Origin: Vulcanimicrobiota bacterium
GTDB taxonomy: Bacteria > Vulcanimicrobiota > Vulcanimicrobiia > Vulcanimicrobiales > Vulcanimicrobiaceae
Reading direction: 5' to 3'
Assembly: GCA_963777315.1 (NCBI GenBank)
Contig: CAVZQC010000004.1
Span: 576,001 to 640,000, forward strand
DNA length: 64,000 bases
A model generated the notes under the pieces. That model was not told the origin of the DNA. It was given only the letters and a program-made list of their open reading frames with translations, and did not search any database. This document shows, piece by piece, positions 11,993 to 22,253 of this stretch (the first letter of the stretch is position 1; each line of letters starts with the position of its first letter). A program made the position numbers and the translations under genes.

Positions 11993-13159
11993 ATGCCGTC
12001 ATACGTGCGCTGCGGCGAAGTGCCGCACAAGCGCCACATTCAATTCCGCCGTCCAGACGGCGGCCTGTACGCCGAAGAGCTGTTTTCGACCAAGGGCTTC
12101 GAAAGCGTTTACTCGCTGCTTTACCATCTTCGGCCGCCGACCGCAACGCTCGACGTGCGCGAGTGGAATCGCGCTCGGGTTCATCTGCAGCCCAACGAGC
12201 CGCTGCGCAACCGGCACTTCAAAACCGCCGGAATGCGCACGCAGGGCGATGCGCTGGAGTCACGCACGCCGCTGCTGGGCAATGCCGACCTGCTCATCTC
12301 GGTCGCCGACGCGCGCGAGCCGATGAAGTATTTCTACCGCAACGTCGGCGGCGACGAGCTGCTCTTCATACACTGGGGCGAGGGAACGCTGCAGACGACC
12401 TTCGGCGATTTGGCGTACCGCGCCCACGACTACGTCGTTATTCCCACCGGAACGACGTACCGGGTCCTTCCCGATTCGCCCACCCGCATGCTCGTTCATG
12501 AAAGCGCGGGGATGGTCCGCATTCCGCGCAAATACCGCAACGATTTCGGACAGCTGGAAGAGCATGCGCCCTACTACGAACGCGATTTTCGCGCGCCGGT
12601 TTTATCCGAGCCGGTCGACGAGCGCGGCGAGTTTGAAGTGCGCGTCTCCAACAACGGCCGCTGCGCAACGTACATCGTCCAAAACCATCCGTGCGACGTC
12701 GTCGGGTGGGACGGCTACTGTTACCCGTACGCGTTCAATCTCGAAGAATTTGCGCCGATCACCGGCAAACTGCATCAGCCGCCGCCGGCGCACGCGACGT
12801 TCGAAGCGCAGGGGGCGGCATTCTGCGCCTTCGTGCCGCGCATGTTCGACTATCATCCACTGGCCGTTCCGATACCGTACAACCATTCCAGCGTGGACTG
12901 CGACGAAGTGCTGTACTACGTGAGCGGCAATTTCATGAGCCGGCGCGGCGTCGAAGAAGGTTCGGTTACGCTGCATGCCGCCGGTGCGCCGCACGGGCCG
13001 CAGCCCGGGGCCGTGGAGGCGAGTTTAGGCAAGACGTCCACCGACGAAATCGCCGTCATGGTCGACACGTTCAAACCGCTTGAACTCGCGCAGCAGACTC
13101 TGCAGGTCGAGGACGCGAACTACTTTCGCTCGTGGGTACTCGAACCCGCAAAGACTTGA
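11993..13159 (+). CDS. hmgA: Homogentisate 1,2-dioxygenase
   Basis: GDELLFIH, DVVGWDG, HQPPP, PYNH...DEVLYY and HGPQPG motifs. Confidence 0.93.
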   Translation: MPSYVRCGEVPHKRHIQFRRPDGGLYAEELFSTKGFESVYSLLYHLRPPTATLDVREWNRARVHLQPNEPLRNRHFKTAGMRTQGDALESRTPLLGNADLLISVADAREPMKYFYRNVGGDELLFIHWGEGTLQTTFGDLAYRAHDYVVIPTGTTYRVLPDSPTRMLVHESAGMVRIPRKYRNDFGQLEEHAPYYERDFRAPVLSEPVDERGEFEVRVSNNGRCATYIVQNHPCDVVGWDGYCYPYAFNLEEFAPITGKLHQPPPAHATFEAQGAAFCAFVPRMFDYHPLAVPIPYNHSSVDCDEVLYYVSGNFMSRRGVEEGSVTLHAAGAPHGPQPGAVEASLGKTSTDEIAVMVDTFKPLELAQQTLQVEDANYFRSWVLEPAKT

Positions 13160-13356
13160 AACGCGCCGAACAGCACGATCGTCACGACGATGGCGCCGAT
13201 CTCGCGCCAGATGAAAGCGTCCCATTCGTAGTGGATCGAGCGCTTTTCCGAAAGCTGCACCGCGGCATACGAGTGCTCGGCGATCATGTGCGAGCCTTTG
13301 CGGAACAAGAACGCATTGATCAGCGTGAGGACGAGCAGGAAGATCAGCCCGAGCAT
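13120..13356 (-). CDS. Small two-TM membrane protein
   Basis: Two hydrophobic segments, directly downstream of fahA. Confidence 0.5.
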   Translation of the reverse strand: MLGLIFLLVLTLINAFLFRKGSHMIAEHSYAAVQLSEKRSIHYEWDAFIWREIGAIVVTIVLFGAFQVFAGSSTHERK

Positions 13357-13358
13357 GG

Positions 13359-14630
13359 TCAGACGCACGGCAGAATCGTACCCGTAACCGCGCCGAAGCC
13401 GATTCGCGGCTTGCCGGGCGCTTGACAGAATCCGCGCATCGTAACCGCGTCACCGTCTTCCAGAAACGAACGTGATTCGCCCGACGGCAACGTCAGCGGC
13501 CGGGATCCGCGCCACGTCAACTCGATCAGACTGCCGTAACTGCCGGGTGCCGCTCCGGAGATCGTTCCCGAAGCGTACAGATCGCCCGCGCGCACGGCCG
13601 TTCCGTTCACCGTGACGTGGGCAAGTTGCTGGGCCATGTTCCAGTACATGTCTTTGAAGTTGGAGCGCGAGACGACTTCGGCCCCGATGCCGGCTTCACG
13701 CATCGCGCGCGTTTGCAATTCCACGAACAGTTGCACGTCGAAGTTCCAGGGAAGCTCGCAGCGTAAGTACGCCGGCGGCTCGGGTTGCTGCACGGGGCCT
13801 GCGATCCGGTACGGCTCGAGCGCATCCAACGTGACGACCCAGGGCGAGATCGACGTGGCGAACGATTTGCCCAAAAACGGCCCCAGCGGCTGATACTCCC
13901 ACGCCTGGATATCGCGCGCGCTCCAGTCGTTCACGAGTACCAAGCCGAAGATGTGTTCGTCCGCGCGTTCCACGGGTATGCGCGTACCCAGCGCGTTGCC
14001 CGCCCCCGTGACGAAGCCGACCTCGAGCTCGACGTCGAGCATGCGCGTCGGCCCGAATGTCGGAGCGGGCGCGTCCGGGGATTTTTGCTGTCCGCTCGGG
14101 CGAACGATCGCCGTTCCGTCCACGACGACGGTGCTCGAACGCCCGTGATACCCGATCGGCAGCCAACGCCAGTTCGGCAGAAGCGGCTGCGCGTCGGGCC
14201 GAAAGATTTTGCCTAAATTCGTCGCGTGCTCGAGCGATGAATAAAAATCGACGTAATCGCCCACTTCGAACGGCAGCGCCATGCGTACGTCCCCCTGCGC
14301 GACGTGCAGCGAATCCCGGTTGACGCCTGCGAGCAACTCGGTATCTTTGCGCAGCAGCGCCCAAGCGCGCGCGCGTAGCGCGTCCCAGACCGCACGGCCC
14401 GCGTCGAGCAGCGGGTTGAGCGAGCCCGCGCGCAAGACGTGACCGGAATCGATGCCGGCAAACAGTCCCGCATCGCACGCCGCGTGCAGGTCGAAAATGC
14501 GTTCGCCGATCGCCATGCCCACGTGCCGTTCGCCGGTCGCGGCAAACACGCCGTACGGCAAATTCTGCAGCGGAAAATCGGAGGCGGCCGGCGTGTCGAT
14601 CCAGGACTCCGTGAGGTCCTTCGACCTCAC
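13359..14630 (-). CDS. fahA: Fumarylacetoacetase
   Basis: DFPLQNLPYG, GDYVDFYSS, NDWSARDIQAWEYQPLGPFLGK and SGTISG motifs. Confidence 0.95.
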   Translation of the reverse strand: MRSKDLTESWIDTPAASDFPLQNLPYGVFAATGERHVGMAIGERIFDLHAACDAGLFAGIDSGHVLRAGSLNPLLDAGRAVWDALRARAWALLRKDTELLAGVNRDSLHVAQGDVRMALPFEVGDYVDFYSSLEHATNLGKIFRPDAQPLLPNWRWLPIGYHGRSSTVVVDGTAIVRPSGQQKSPDAPAPTFGPTRMLDVELEVGFVTGAGNALGTRIPVERADEHIFGLVLVNDWSARDIQAWEYQPLGPFLGKSFATSISPWVVTLDALEPYRIAGPVQQPEPPAYLRCELPWNFDVQLFVELQTRAMREAGIGAEVVSRSNFKDMYWNMAQQLAHVTVNGTAVRAGDLYASGTISGAAPGSYGSLIELTWRGSRPLTLPSGESRSFLEDGDAVTMRGFCQAPGKPRIGFGAVTGTILPCV

Positions 14631-15508
14631 AGGATTCCCATCGCCCGCAAGTCGTCGACGGGTTCGGCGAAGCTGCAGCTGCCGTAAGCCACGAACGCTT
14701 CACGGCGCGTCGCCTGCAATTCGCGCACGCCGATCGCGTAATTCGCATAGCGAAGTCCGTCCTGCTCGAAAGCGAATCGGGCGGGATCTTCGCAGGCGAG
14801 CGTCTGCGTAAGGACTTCAACGGACTCGCCCGATCGCGCGAGCGCGGTTGCCGTGAGCAGATTGAGAAATCCGTGCATCGGAAAGCCGGCCGGATCGACG
14901 TGCCTGATCGGATGGTGCAGCCCGGCCGTGGCTTTGAACGGCACCTTATGGCGGCACGCCCAGTACACGAATGCAGCCAGCTCCGCCGGTGTGGGAAACG
15001 CCTGCCGATGCAACCCTCCGCAGCGGACCTTTGCGCTCAAACCTTGTTCCGCCAACTCGGCCATGGCGAGCGGTATGGTGCTCTGCCAATCCTCGACGCG
15101 CGCAAGCTCGACGAATGCCGGAATCCGGCTAAAGCGCGAGGACGCACGCGCTCGCGCGAACGCGCGAATGCGATCGGCTTGGACGGCGGTCTCGAGCGCC
15201 TGTACGCCGGCGCGAGGCTGCGCTTCGCTCAGCCGGTCGAGCTGCGCGAGCGCTTCGGAGTCTGGATCCACGATCGTGCTGAGCCCTACGGCGGCGTCCC
15301 CGGGCAAACATTCGAGCAATTCGGGCATGCGAGCCGACGCAACGATGAACCGGCCGAGCATCCACGAGTGAGCCCCTTGCCTTGCTTGGGCGTACTCTGC
15401 CGCGGCTTCCCGCACCGAAAGACCTGCCGGCGGGAAAAGCCCCGCATAATCGATGAGCGCCTCGAACGCGGCGCGCACTCCCGGCATCGGCGTGGCCGAA
15501 GTCGTCAT
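14627..15508 (-). CDS. Conserved hypothetical protein of homogentisate clusters
   Basis: LIDYAGLFPP, KVRCGG, PFKATAGLHHP, HGFLNL and YGSCSF motifs. Its stop overlaps the fahA start. Confidence 0.8.
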   Translation of the reverse strand: MTTSATPMPGVRAAFEALIDYAGLFPPAGLSVREAAAEYAQARQGAHSWMLGRFIVASARMPELLECLPGDAAVGLSTIVDPDSEALAQLDRLSEAQPRAGVQALETAVQADRIRAFARARASSRFSRIPAFVELARVEDWQSTIPLAMAELAEQGLSAKVRCGGLHRQAFPTPAELAAFVYWACRHKVPFKATAGLHHPIRHVDPAGFPMHGFLNLLTATALARSGESVEVLTQTLACEDPARFAFEQDGLRYANYAIGVRELQATRREAFVAYGSCSFAEPVDDLRAMGIL

Positions 15509-15549
15509 GACAGGGCGGCTTCGGTCGGCTCGCAAAGTGCCCTTCTATC

Positions 15550-16665
15550 ATGGCTACGCTCACTTCGGCCAAGAGCAATCCGCTCGCGCAAATCGATTGG
15601 GACTACATCGAATTCTACGTCGGCAACGCCAAACAAGCGGCGTACTATTACTGCTCGGCATTCGGTTTCGAGCGCGTCGCCTACGCGGGTCCCGAAACAG
15701 GCGTCAAAGATCGTGCGTCGTACGTGCTCGTGCAGAACAGTCTGCGCTTCGTCCTGACTTCAGGCTTAGTGCCCGATGGTGAGATCACCGCTCACGTTGC
15801 GCGCCACGGCGACGGCGTCAAGGACGTCGCAATCGTGGTGCGGGATGCCAAAGGCGCATTTCAGGCGGCGATCGCCGGCGGAGCCAAAGCGATCCTGGAG
15901 CCGACCGAATACCGCGACGAACATGGGTGCGTCATAAAAGCGACCATTGCCACGTACGGCGACACCGTGCACAGCTTCGTTCAGCGCGATGGATACAGCG
16001 GCGCCTTCATGCCCGGCTACGTCGCCGATCCTCGATCGCTCGATCGAGTGCACTCACCCGGCCTGCTGTTCGTCGACCACTGCGTGGGAAACGTGAGCTG
16101 GGGCGAAATGGATCCCTGGGGCGACTTTTACGCGCGCGTCTTCGGCTTCTCTCAGCTCATTTCGTTCGACGACAAGGACATTTCGACCGAATACACCGCC
16201 CTCAAGTCCAAAGTCATGACCGACGAGCGGCATCGCGTGAAGTTTCCCATCAACGAGCCTGCGCACGGCAAAAAGAAATCGCAGATCGAGGAGTACCTGG
16301 ACTTCTATGGCGGTCCCGGCGTGCAGCACATCGCGATCCGCACGGACGACATCATCTCGACGATTCAAGCGCTCAAGGCCAACGGCGTGGAATTCCTCGA
16401 CACGCCGGACAGCTACTACGACGAGCTGGAGGCGCGCGTCGGGCGCATCGATGAGGCGATGCAGGCTCTGCGCGAGCTGCGGATTCTCGTCGACCGCGAC
16501 GATATGGGCTACATGCTCCAGATCTTCACCAAACCGCTCGGCGACCGGCCCACCGTGTTTTTCGAAATCATTCAGCGCAAGGGCAGCTTGAGTTTCGGCA
16601 AAGGCAATTTCCGCGCGCTTTTCGTTTCGATCGAAAAAGAACAGGAAAAGCGCGGGACCTTGTAA
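15550..16665 (+). CDS. hppD: 4-hydroxyphenylpyruvate dioxygenase
   Basis: HGDGVKD, DHCVGN, SQIEEYL, GVQHIA, LLQIFT-like motif and FFEIIQR...FGKGNF. Confidence 0.96.
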   Translation: MATLTSAKSNPLAQIDWDYIEFYVGNAKQAAYYYCSAFGFERVAYAGPETGVKDRASYVLVQNSLRFVLTSGLVPDGEITAHVARHGDGVKDVAIVVRDAKGAFQAAIAGGAKAILEPTEYRDEHGCVIKATIATYGDTVHSFVQRDGYSGAFMPGYVADPRSLDRVHSPGLLFVDHCVGNVSWGEMDPWGDFYARVFGFSQLISFDDKDISTEYTALKSKVMTDERHRVKFPINEPAHGKKKSQIEEYLDFYGGPGVQHIAIRTDDIISTIQALKANGVEFLDTPDSYYDELEARVGRIDEAMQALRELRILVDRDDMGYMLQIFTKPLGDRPTVFFEIIQRKGSLSFGKGNFRALFVSIEKEQEKRGTL

Positions 16666-17540
16666 TGGCTCTCGTCGATGCCGTGATGGTCGAAGCGCGC
16701 GCGGGCGCGCTGGCGAAACGCTCGATAAAGACCACTGCTAAACTGGCCGGCATCCGTTTAGCGATCCAGTGCACGGATCTGACGACTCTGGAGGGGCGCG
16801 ATTCCGAAGGCCGCGTGCGTTCGCTGTGCGCCAAAGCGCGCAACCCTGCCCCGCAATGGCCCGACGTGCCGGCCGTAGCGGCGGTGTGCGTCTATCCGAG
16901 CCTGGTCGCCGTGGCGAAACAAGCGCTGCGCGGTTCCGCCGTCAAGGTCGCGTCGGTCGCCACCGCGTTTCCGAGCGGACTGTCCGCGCTGGACGTCAAG
17001 CTCGCCGACGCACAGGCCGCAATCGATGCCGGCGCCGACGAGCTGGACATGGTGATCGATCGCGGTGCGTTTTTGTCCGGACGGTATTCCGAGGTATTCG
17101 AGGAGATCGTCGCGGTCAAACGCGTGTGCGCCGATATTCCCCTCAAGGTGATCTTGGAAACCGGCGAACTGGGCAGCTACGCCAACGTGCGGGCCGCGAG
17201 CGATCTCGCGCTGCAGGCCGGAGCCGACTTCATCAAAACCTCCACCGGCAAGGTGACGACGAATGCGACGTTCCCGGTGGCGGTCACGATGTGCGAGGCG
17301 ATTCGCGACTACGCGCGCGCGAGCGGGCGGCGCGCCGGCTTGAAGGTCGCAGGCGGATGCCGTACCAGCAAACAAGCCCTGACGTATCTGGTCATCGTGA
17401 AAGAAACCTTGGGCGAAGCGTGGCTGAACCCCGACCGATTCCGCATCGGCGCGAGTTCGCTGCTGGACGATTTGCTGATGCAGTACGAAAAAGAACTGAC
17501 CGGCAATTACGCCGGCCCCGACTATTTTCCCAAAGACTGA
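16665..17540 (+). CDS. deoC: Deoxyribose-phosphate aldolase
   Basis: DLTTL, AAVCVYP, ELDMVI, KVILETGEL and ADFIKTSTGK motifs. Confidence 0.93.
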   Translation: MALVDAVMVEARAGALAKRSIKTTAKLAGIRLAIQCTDLTTLEGRDSEGRVRSLCAKARNPAPQWPDVPAVAAVCVYPSLVAVAKQALRGSAVKVASVATAFPSGLSALDVKLADAQAAIDAGADELDMVIDRGAFLSGRYSEVFEEIVAVKRVCADIPLKVILETGELGSYANVRAASDLALQAGADFIKTSTGKVTTNATFPVAVTMCEAIRDYARASGRRAGLKVAGGCRTSKQALTYLVIVKETLGEAWLNPDRFRIGASSLLDDLLMQYEKELTGNYAGPDYFPKD

Positions 17541-17542
17541 CG

Positions 17543-18979
17543 ATGGCGATTTTCGAGTACGCGCCCGCACCCGAAACGACTAAGGCGAACATTCGCGAGC
17601 GGTACGGTCTGTTCGTGGGCGGCCGGTGGGTCGCCCCGGAAAGCGGCCGGTACTTTGAGACCGTCAATCCGGCCAACGAAGAGCCGCTGGCCGGAGTTGC
17701 GTACGCAAACGCGGCCGACGTCGACAGGGCGGTTGGCAGCGCGCGCCAAGCGTACGAGAAGTACTGGCGCAAAATGCGCCCCGCTGATCGCGCGAAGTAC
17801 CTTTACCGCATCGCGCGCGCCATAACCGAGCGATCGCGCGAGCTGGCGGTTCTGGAAACGCTCGACGGCGGCAAGCCGATCAAGGAATCGCGCGATTTCG
17901 ACATCCCGACGTCGGCAGCGCACTTCTTCTATTATGCCGGCTGGGCGGACAAACTCGAATGGGCAATGCGTGCCGGTCGCGAACCGCGTGCGTTGGGCGT
18001 GGCCGGTCAAATCGTGCCGTGGAACTTTCCGCTGCTCATGGCCGCGTGGAAGATCGCTCCCGCACTCGCGTGCGGCAACACCGTCGTTCTCAAGCCGGCA
18101 GAAACCACGCCCCTTACGGCGCTCGCCCTCGCGCAAATCGTTCAAGAAGCGGATTTGCCCCCGGGCGCCGTCAACGTCGTAACCGGTGACGGTGCAACCG
18201 GAGCTGCGCTCGTGGAACACGACGGCGTCGACAAGATCGCCTTCACGGGTTCGACGCAAGTCGGTAAGGCGATTGCGCGGTCGCTGGCAGGTAAGGACAC
18301 GCGCCTGACCTTGGAACTGGGCGGAAAGGCCGCGCACATCGTGTTTGCGGACGCGCCGCTCGATCAAGCCGTCGAAGGCATCATCAACGGAATCTACTTC
18401 AACCAAGGACACGTGTGCTGCGCCGGCTCGCGCCTGCTGGTAGAGGAGCGCGTTCACGATGAAATCATCGTGCGGCTCACGGATCGCCTGCAAAGCCTGC
18501 GCTTGGGCGATCCGCTGGACAAGAACACCGACATCGGCGCGATCAATTCGCGCGCGCAGTTGGACAAGATCCACGAGCTGGTGCGCAGCGGAATCGATCA
18601 GGGCGCGATCCTGGTTCAGCAATCGTGCACGCTTCCCGAACGCGGCTTCTATTTTCCGGCTTCGTTCTTTACCGGGGTGCAGCAGTCGCACCGCATCGCC
18701 CGCGAAGAGATTTTCGGCCCCGTCCTTTCCGTGCTGACGTTCCGCACGCCCGAAGAAGCCATTGAGAAAGCGAACAACACGCCGTACGGACTCTCGGCCG
18801 GCATTTGGACGAACGAGGGAAGCAAGAACATGTACGTCGCGGGCCACATGCGAGCCGGCGTCGTGTGGTGCAACACGTTCAATCAGTTCGATCCCGCTTC
18901 GCCGTTCGGCGGGTATCGTGAGTCGGGCTTCGGCCGCGAAGGCGGCGTTCACGGACTATATGAGTACTTGGCTCACTGA
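17543..18979 (+). CDS. Aldehyde dehydrogenase
   Basis: PWNFP, FTGS, LELGGK, NQGHVC, EEIFGP and PFGG motifs. Confidence 0.93.
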   Translation: MAIFEYAPAPETTKANIRERYGLFVGGRWVAPESGRYFETVNPANEEPLAGVAYANAADVDRAVGSARQAYEKYWRKMRPADRAKYLYRIARAITERSRELAVLETLDGGKPIKESRDFDIPTSAAHFFYYAGWADKLEWAMRAGREPRALGVAGQIVPWNFPLLMAAWKIAPALACGNTVVLKPAETTPLTALALAQIVQEADLPPGAVNVVTGDGATGAALVEHDGVDKIAFTGSTQVGKAIARSLAGKDTRLTLELGGKAAHIVFADAPLDQAVEGIINGIYFNQGHVCCAGSRLLVEERVHDEIIVRLTDRLQSLRLGDPLDKNTDIGAINSRAQLDKIHELVRSGIDQGAILVQQSCTLPERGFYFPASFFTGVQQSHRIAREEIFGPVLSVLTFRTPEEAIEKANNTPYGLSAGIWTNEGSKNMYVAGHMRAGVVWCNTFNQFDPASPFGGYRESGFGREGGVHGLYEYLAH

Positions 18980-21900
18980 CCGGCGCGCGTTCGAATCGCT
19001 CTTCAGCGCTGCGCCCAACGGCATCGTCGCGATCGACCCCCAAGGCCGGATAGTCGACTGCAACCCCGCCTGCACGCTTTTGGGCGGACACAGCCGCGCG
19101 GATTTGCTGGGCCGAGACGTTCGCGAATTCGGAGGTCCGCAGTGGGCCGCATCCGTGCAGGAAGTGCTCACGGCGGCCGACGTCGGCAAAACGCTGCGGC
19201 GCGATTTCGAGATGATCCGTCGCGACGGGACGCTGATGAACGGACGGATTACCGGAATCCCGGTGATCGACGGCGACACTAGCGTTCACTTGTTTTTACT
19301 GGTCGAAGACGTCACGTCGCGCATGCAGGCCGAGCGTTCGCTGGAGATCGTTCAGCGCGAACTGCGCGCGATTTTAGACAACATGCCTGCGGCGATCGTG
19401 CTCTTCGACGTCGGGCAGACGATCATCGACGTCAATCCGGCAGCGCTGGACATCAGCGGCTACACGCGGGAAGAGGCGCTCGGCTTGCGCCTGCGCGAGT
19501 TCGTCGTCCCGGATAGCCACGCAGAAGTCGGGCGCGCGTTCCAAGCCGCTCTGGCCGGCAGCGTGGGCCGTGCAAGAGTTCGCGCCCGCGACGTGCGCGG
19601 TTCCGATTTGTTTTTCGACGTCACGCACGTGCCGATGTACGGGGGCGACGAAGTCGTCGGCGTATTCGCGCTGCTGGACAACATCACGCAGCAGACCCGC
19701 GCCCGCGACGAGATAGCGCACCTTCGCCGGAACTTCCAGTTGCTGTTCGAGCATAATCCCGCCGTCGTCATCGCCGTCGATACGCAGACGAGGATTACGG
19801 ACGTCAACACGGCCGGAATACGCACGACCGGCTACGCGCGTGAAGAGATCGTCGGCAAAGAAGCAGCCTCGTTCGTGCCGCCTTCGCGCAGGGAAGAGCT
19901 CGACCGATATTTGCAGCAGGCGCTGCGCGGAGAGAGCGTTGCCTTCGACATCGACGCCTATGCCGTCGATGGGCACCTGATCGAATACCGCGCCACCGCG
20001 CTGCCGATCGTTTCGCATAATCGCGTCGTGGGAGTCTACGGGCTGCTCGAAAACGTAACGGAACGGCTGCACGCGGAACGGACGGTGGCGGCCCAGCGCG
20101 AGGAGTTGCTCGATCTCGAGCACGACTTCCGCTCGCTGTTCGAGCGCAATCCGGACGGCATGTGTCTGCTCTCCAAAGACGGCACCATTCTAGACATCAA
20201 CGAGATGGCCGCGCGGATGAGCGGACGCGCACGCGAAGAGATCCTCGGGCAGAATTTCAACGCGTTCGTGCAGGCAGGCGATCGCGAACGAGGCTGGGGC
20301 TTCTTCTGCCGCGCGCTCGACGGCCAACCGGTGCGCTACGAAATTTCTTCGTCGCGCGCCGACGGCGGGGAGCTCATCCTGGACGCGACGCTGTTCCCCA
20401 AATACGTTCAAGGGATCGTCATCGGCGTGTACTGCGTTTTCCAGGACATTACGGGACGCCGCGTGGCGCACCGCAAACTGGAAATGCAGGCGCAGCGCAT
20501 ACGCGACCTCTACCTGCTGGCGACCGCACCGGAATTCGGCGACGCGCACATCCTTTCCGCGCTGCAGACCGGATGCCGGCTGCTGGGCACCGAAAGCGGC
20601 GCGATCGTCGACGTGACGCAAGAGCCTCGCCTGGACATGCGCTACGACTCGTTGGAGCTGTTTGCCGGACACGATGCGCGGGTGCTGGCCTTGGCAGCCG
20701 CCGTGCTCGAAAAGCGGGATTCCGTCGTATCGTTCGTCGGTCGGCCTGAGCCCGAGGGATACGGCACCTACATCGCAACGCGCCTGACGATAGGCTCCGC
20801 GCTTCACGGTGTGCTGGTGTTCTTTTCGCACACCCGGCGCGACCACGACTTCGAAGAGACCGATCACGACACCCTTGCGCTCATGGCCGCTTTGCTCGGC
20901 GCGGCGCTCGAACGGCGCAGCACGCGATCGCGCCTGCATACCATGGCGTATTACGATGCGCTCACGGGTTTGCCCAACCGCCTGTTTTTCCAAGAACGGC
21001 TCAAAGAAGCCGTTTCACGGGATGCCGCACCCGCCGAACCGCTTGCGGTGCTGTTCTTCGATTTGGACCGCTTCAAAGACATCAACGATTCACTCGGGCA
21101 CGCCATGGGCGATCGCTTTCTGCAGATGGTGGCCGGCCGGCTCGTACGCGCCGTGGGCGAGGACGGGCTGGTCGCGCGCATGGGCGGCGACGAATTCGTC
21201 GTGCTGCTGCGAGGCTGCCGCGATGCCGATCAGGTTCGAACGTTTGCCGACACGCTGCTGCACGGCGTCGATCAGCCGTACCGCCTGGAAGGCTACGAAC
21301 AGTTCATGACCACCAGCATCGGCGTTTCGATGTACCCGCAGGACGGTCGCGACGAACAGTCCTTGATAAAAAACGCCGACATTGCGATGTACCAGGCCAA
21401 GGATCGCGGCGGCAACTCGTACTTCCTCTACAACGATTCGCTGGAACGCCCGCTGCGCACGCGTTTGGAGCAGGAAAAGCACATCCGCCGCGCCATCGAA
21501 CGCGAGGAATTCATCGTCCACTTTCAGCCCATCGTGGACGTGGCGACCGAGCGCATCGTCAGCGTCGAAGCGCTGGTGCGCTGGCAAGACCCGCAGCGCG
21601 GGCTGATTTTTCCCGACGACTTCATCCCCAGCGCCGAGGCCAGCGGGCTGGTCGTTCAACTGGGCGAGCTCGTCATAGCCGCCGCGGCGGCTCAAGTGCG
21701 TGATTGGCAGCGGCGCATCGGACCGTTATCGCTCGCGGTCAACATTTCGGCGCGCCAGTTTCATCAGCCGGACCTGTGCCGCCGGCTGCTCGACACGCTG
21801 CAGCGCGTCGATCTCGATCCGCACACCGTCGAATGCGAAATAACCGAAAGTATGGCACTCTCCGACGTTAGCCATGCCATAGAAACCGTGCGGCAGCTCA

Positions 21901-22244
21901 AACGCATGGGCGCGCGCATTGCCGTCGACGACTTCGGGACCGGGCATTCATCGCTCAACTACCTGCGCCGTTTCGACGTGGACGACATCAAGATCGACCG
22001 TTCGTTCGTAGCGGGAATCGGCACCGAACCCAGCGATGAGACGATCGTCAAAGCGATCGTCGCGATGGGGCACAGCCTCGGACTGCGCATCGTCGCCGAA
22101 GGCGTCGAAACGCGCCGGCAATACGAGTTTTTGAAAGCGCACGGATGCGACCGGGTGCAGGGGCACTTCTACTCGCCCCCGGTCGGCGCCGACATGCTCG
22201 AGCGTTTGATCGCCGAGCGAGGGACTTTGACCGCACCCGAGTAA
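18960..22244 (+). CDS. 4xPAS-GAF-GGDEF-EAL c-di-GMP signalling protein
   Basis: Four PAS repeats, RMGGDEF, EALVRW and DDFGTG motifs. Confidence 0.92.
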   Translation: MSTWLTDRRAFESLFSAAPNGIVAIDPQGRIVDCNPACTLLGGHSRADLLGRDVREFGGPQWAASVQEVLTAADVGKTLRRDFEMIRRDGTLMNGRITGIPVIDGDTSVHLFLLVEDVTSRMQAERSLEIVQRELRAILDNMPAAIVLFDVGQTIIDVNPAALDISGYTREEALGLRLREFVVPDSHAEVGRAFQAALAGSVGRARVRARDVRGSDLFFDVTHVPMYGGDEVVGVFALLDNITQQTRARDEIAHLRRNFQLLFEHNPAVVIAVDTQTRITDVNTAGIRTTGYAREEIVGKEAASFVPPSRREELDRYLQQALRGESVAFDIDAYAVDGHLIEYRATALPIVSHNRVVGVYGLLENVTERLHAERTVAAQREELLDLEHDFRSLFERNPDGMCLLSKDGTILDINEMAARMSGRAREEILGQNFNAFVQAGDRERGWGFFCRALDGQPVRYEISSSRADGGELILDATLFPKYVQGIVIGVYCVFQDITGRRVAHRKLEMQAQRIRDLYLLATAPEFGDAHILSALQTGCRLLGTESGAIVDVTQEPRLDMRYDSLELFAGHDARVLALAAAVLEKRDSVVSFVGRPEPEGYGTYIATRLTIGSALHGVLVFFSHTRRDHDFEETDHDTLALMAALLGAALERRSTRSRLHTMAYYDALTGLPNRLFFQERLKEAVSRDAAPAEPLAVLFFDLDRFKDINDSLGHAMGDRFLQMVAGRLVRAVGEDGLVARMGGDEFVVLLRGCRDADQVRTFADTLLHGVDQPYRLEGYEQFMTTSIGVSMYPQDGRDEQSLIKNADIAMYQAKDRGGNSYFLYNDSLERPLRTRLEQEKHIRRAIEREEFIVHFQPIVDVATERIVSVEALVRWQDPQRGLIFPDDFIPSAEASGLVVQLGELVIAAAAAQVRDWQRRIGPLSLAVNISARQFHQPDLCRRLLDTLQRVDLDPHTVECEITESMALSDVSHAIETVRQLKRMGARIAVDDFGTGHSSLNYLRRFDVDDIKIDRSFVAGIGTEPSDETIVKAIVAMGHSLGLRIVAEGVETRRQYEFLKAHGCDRVQGHFYSPPVGADMLERLIAERGTLTAPE

Positions 22245-22253
22245 GTGCCAAAA

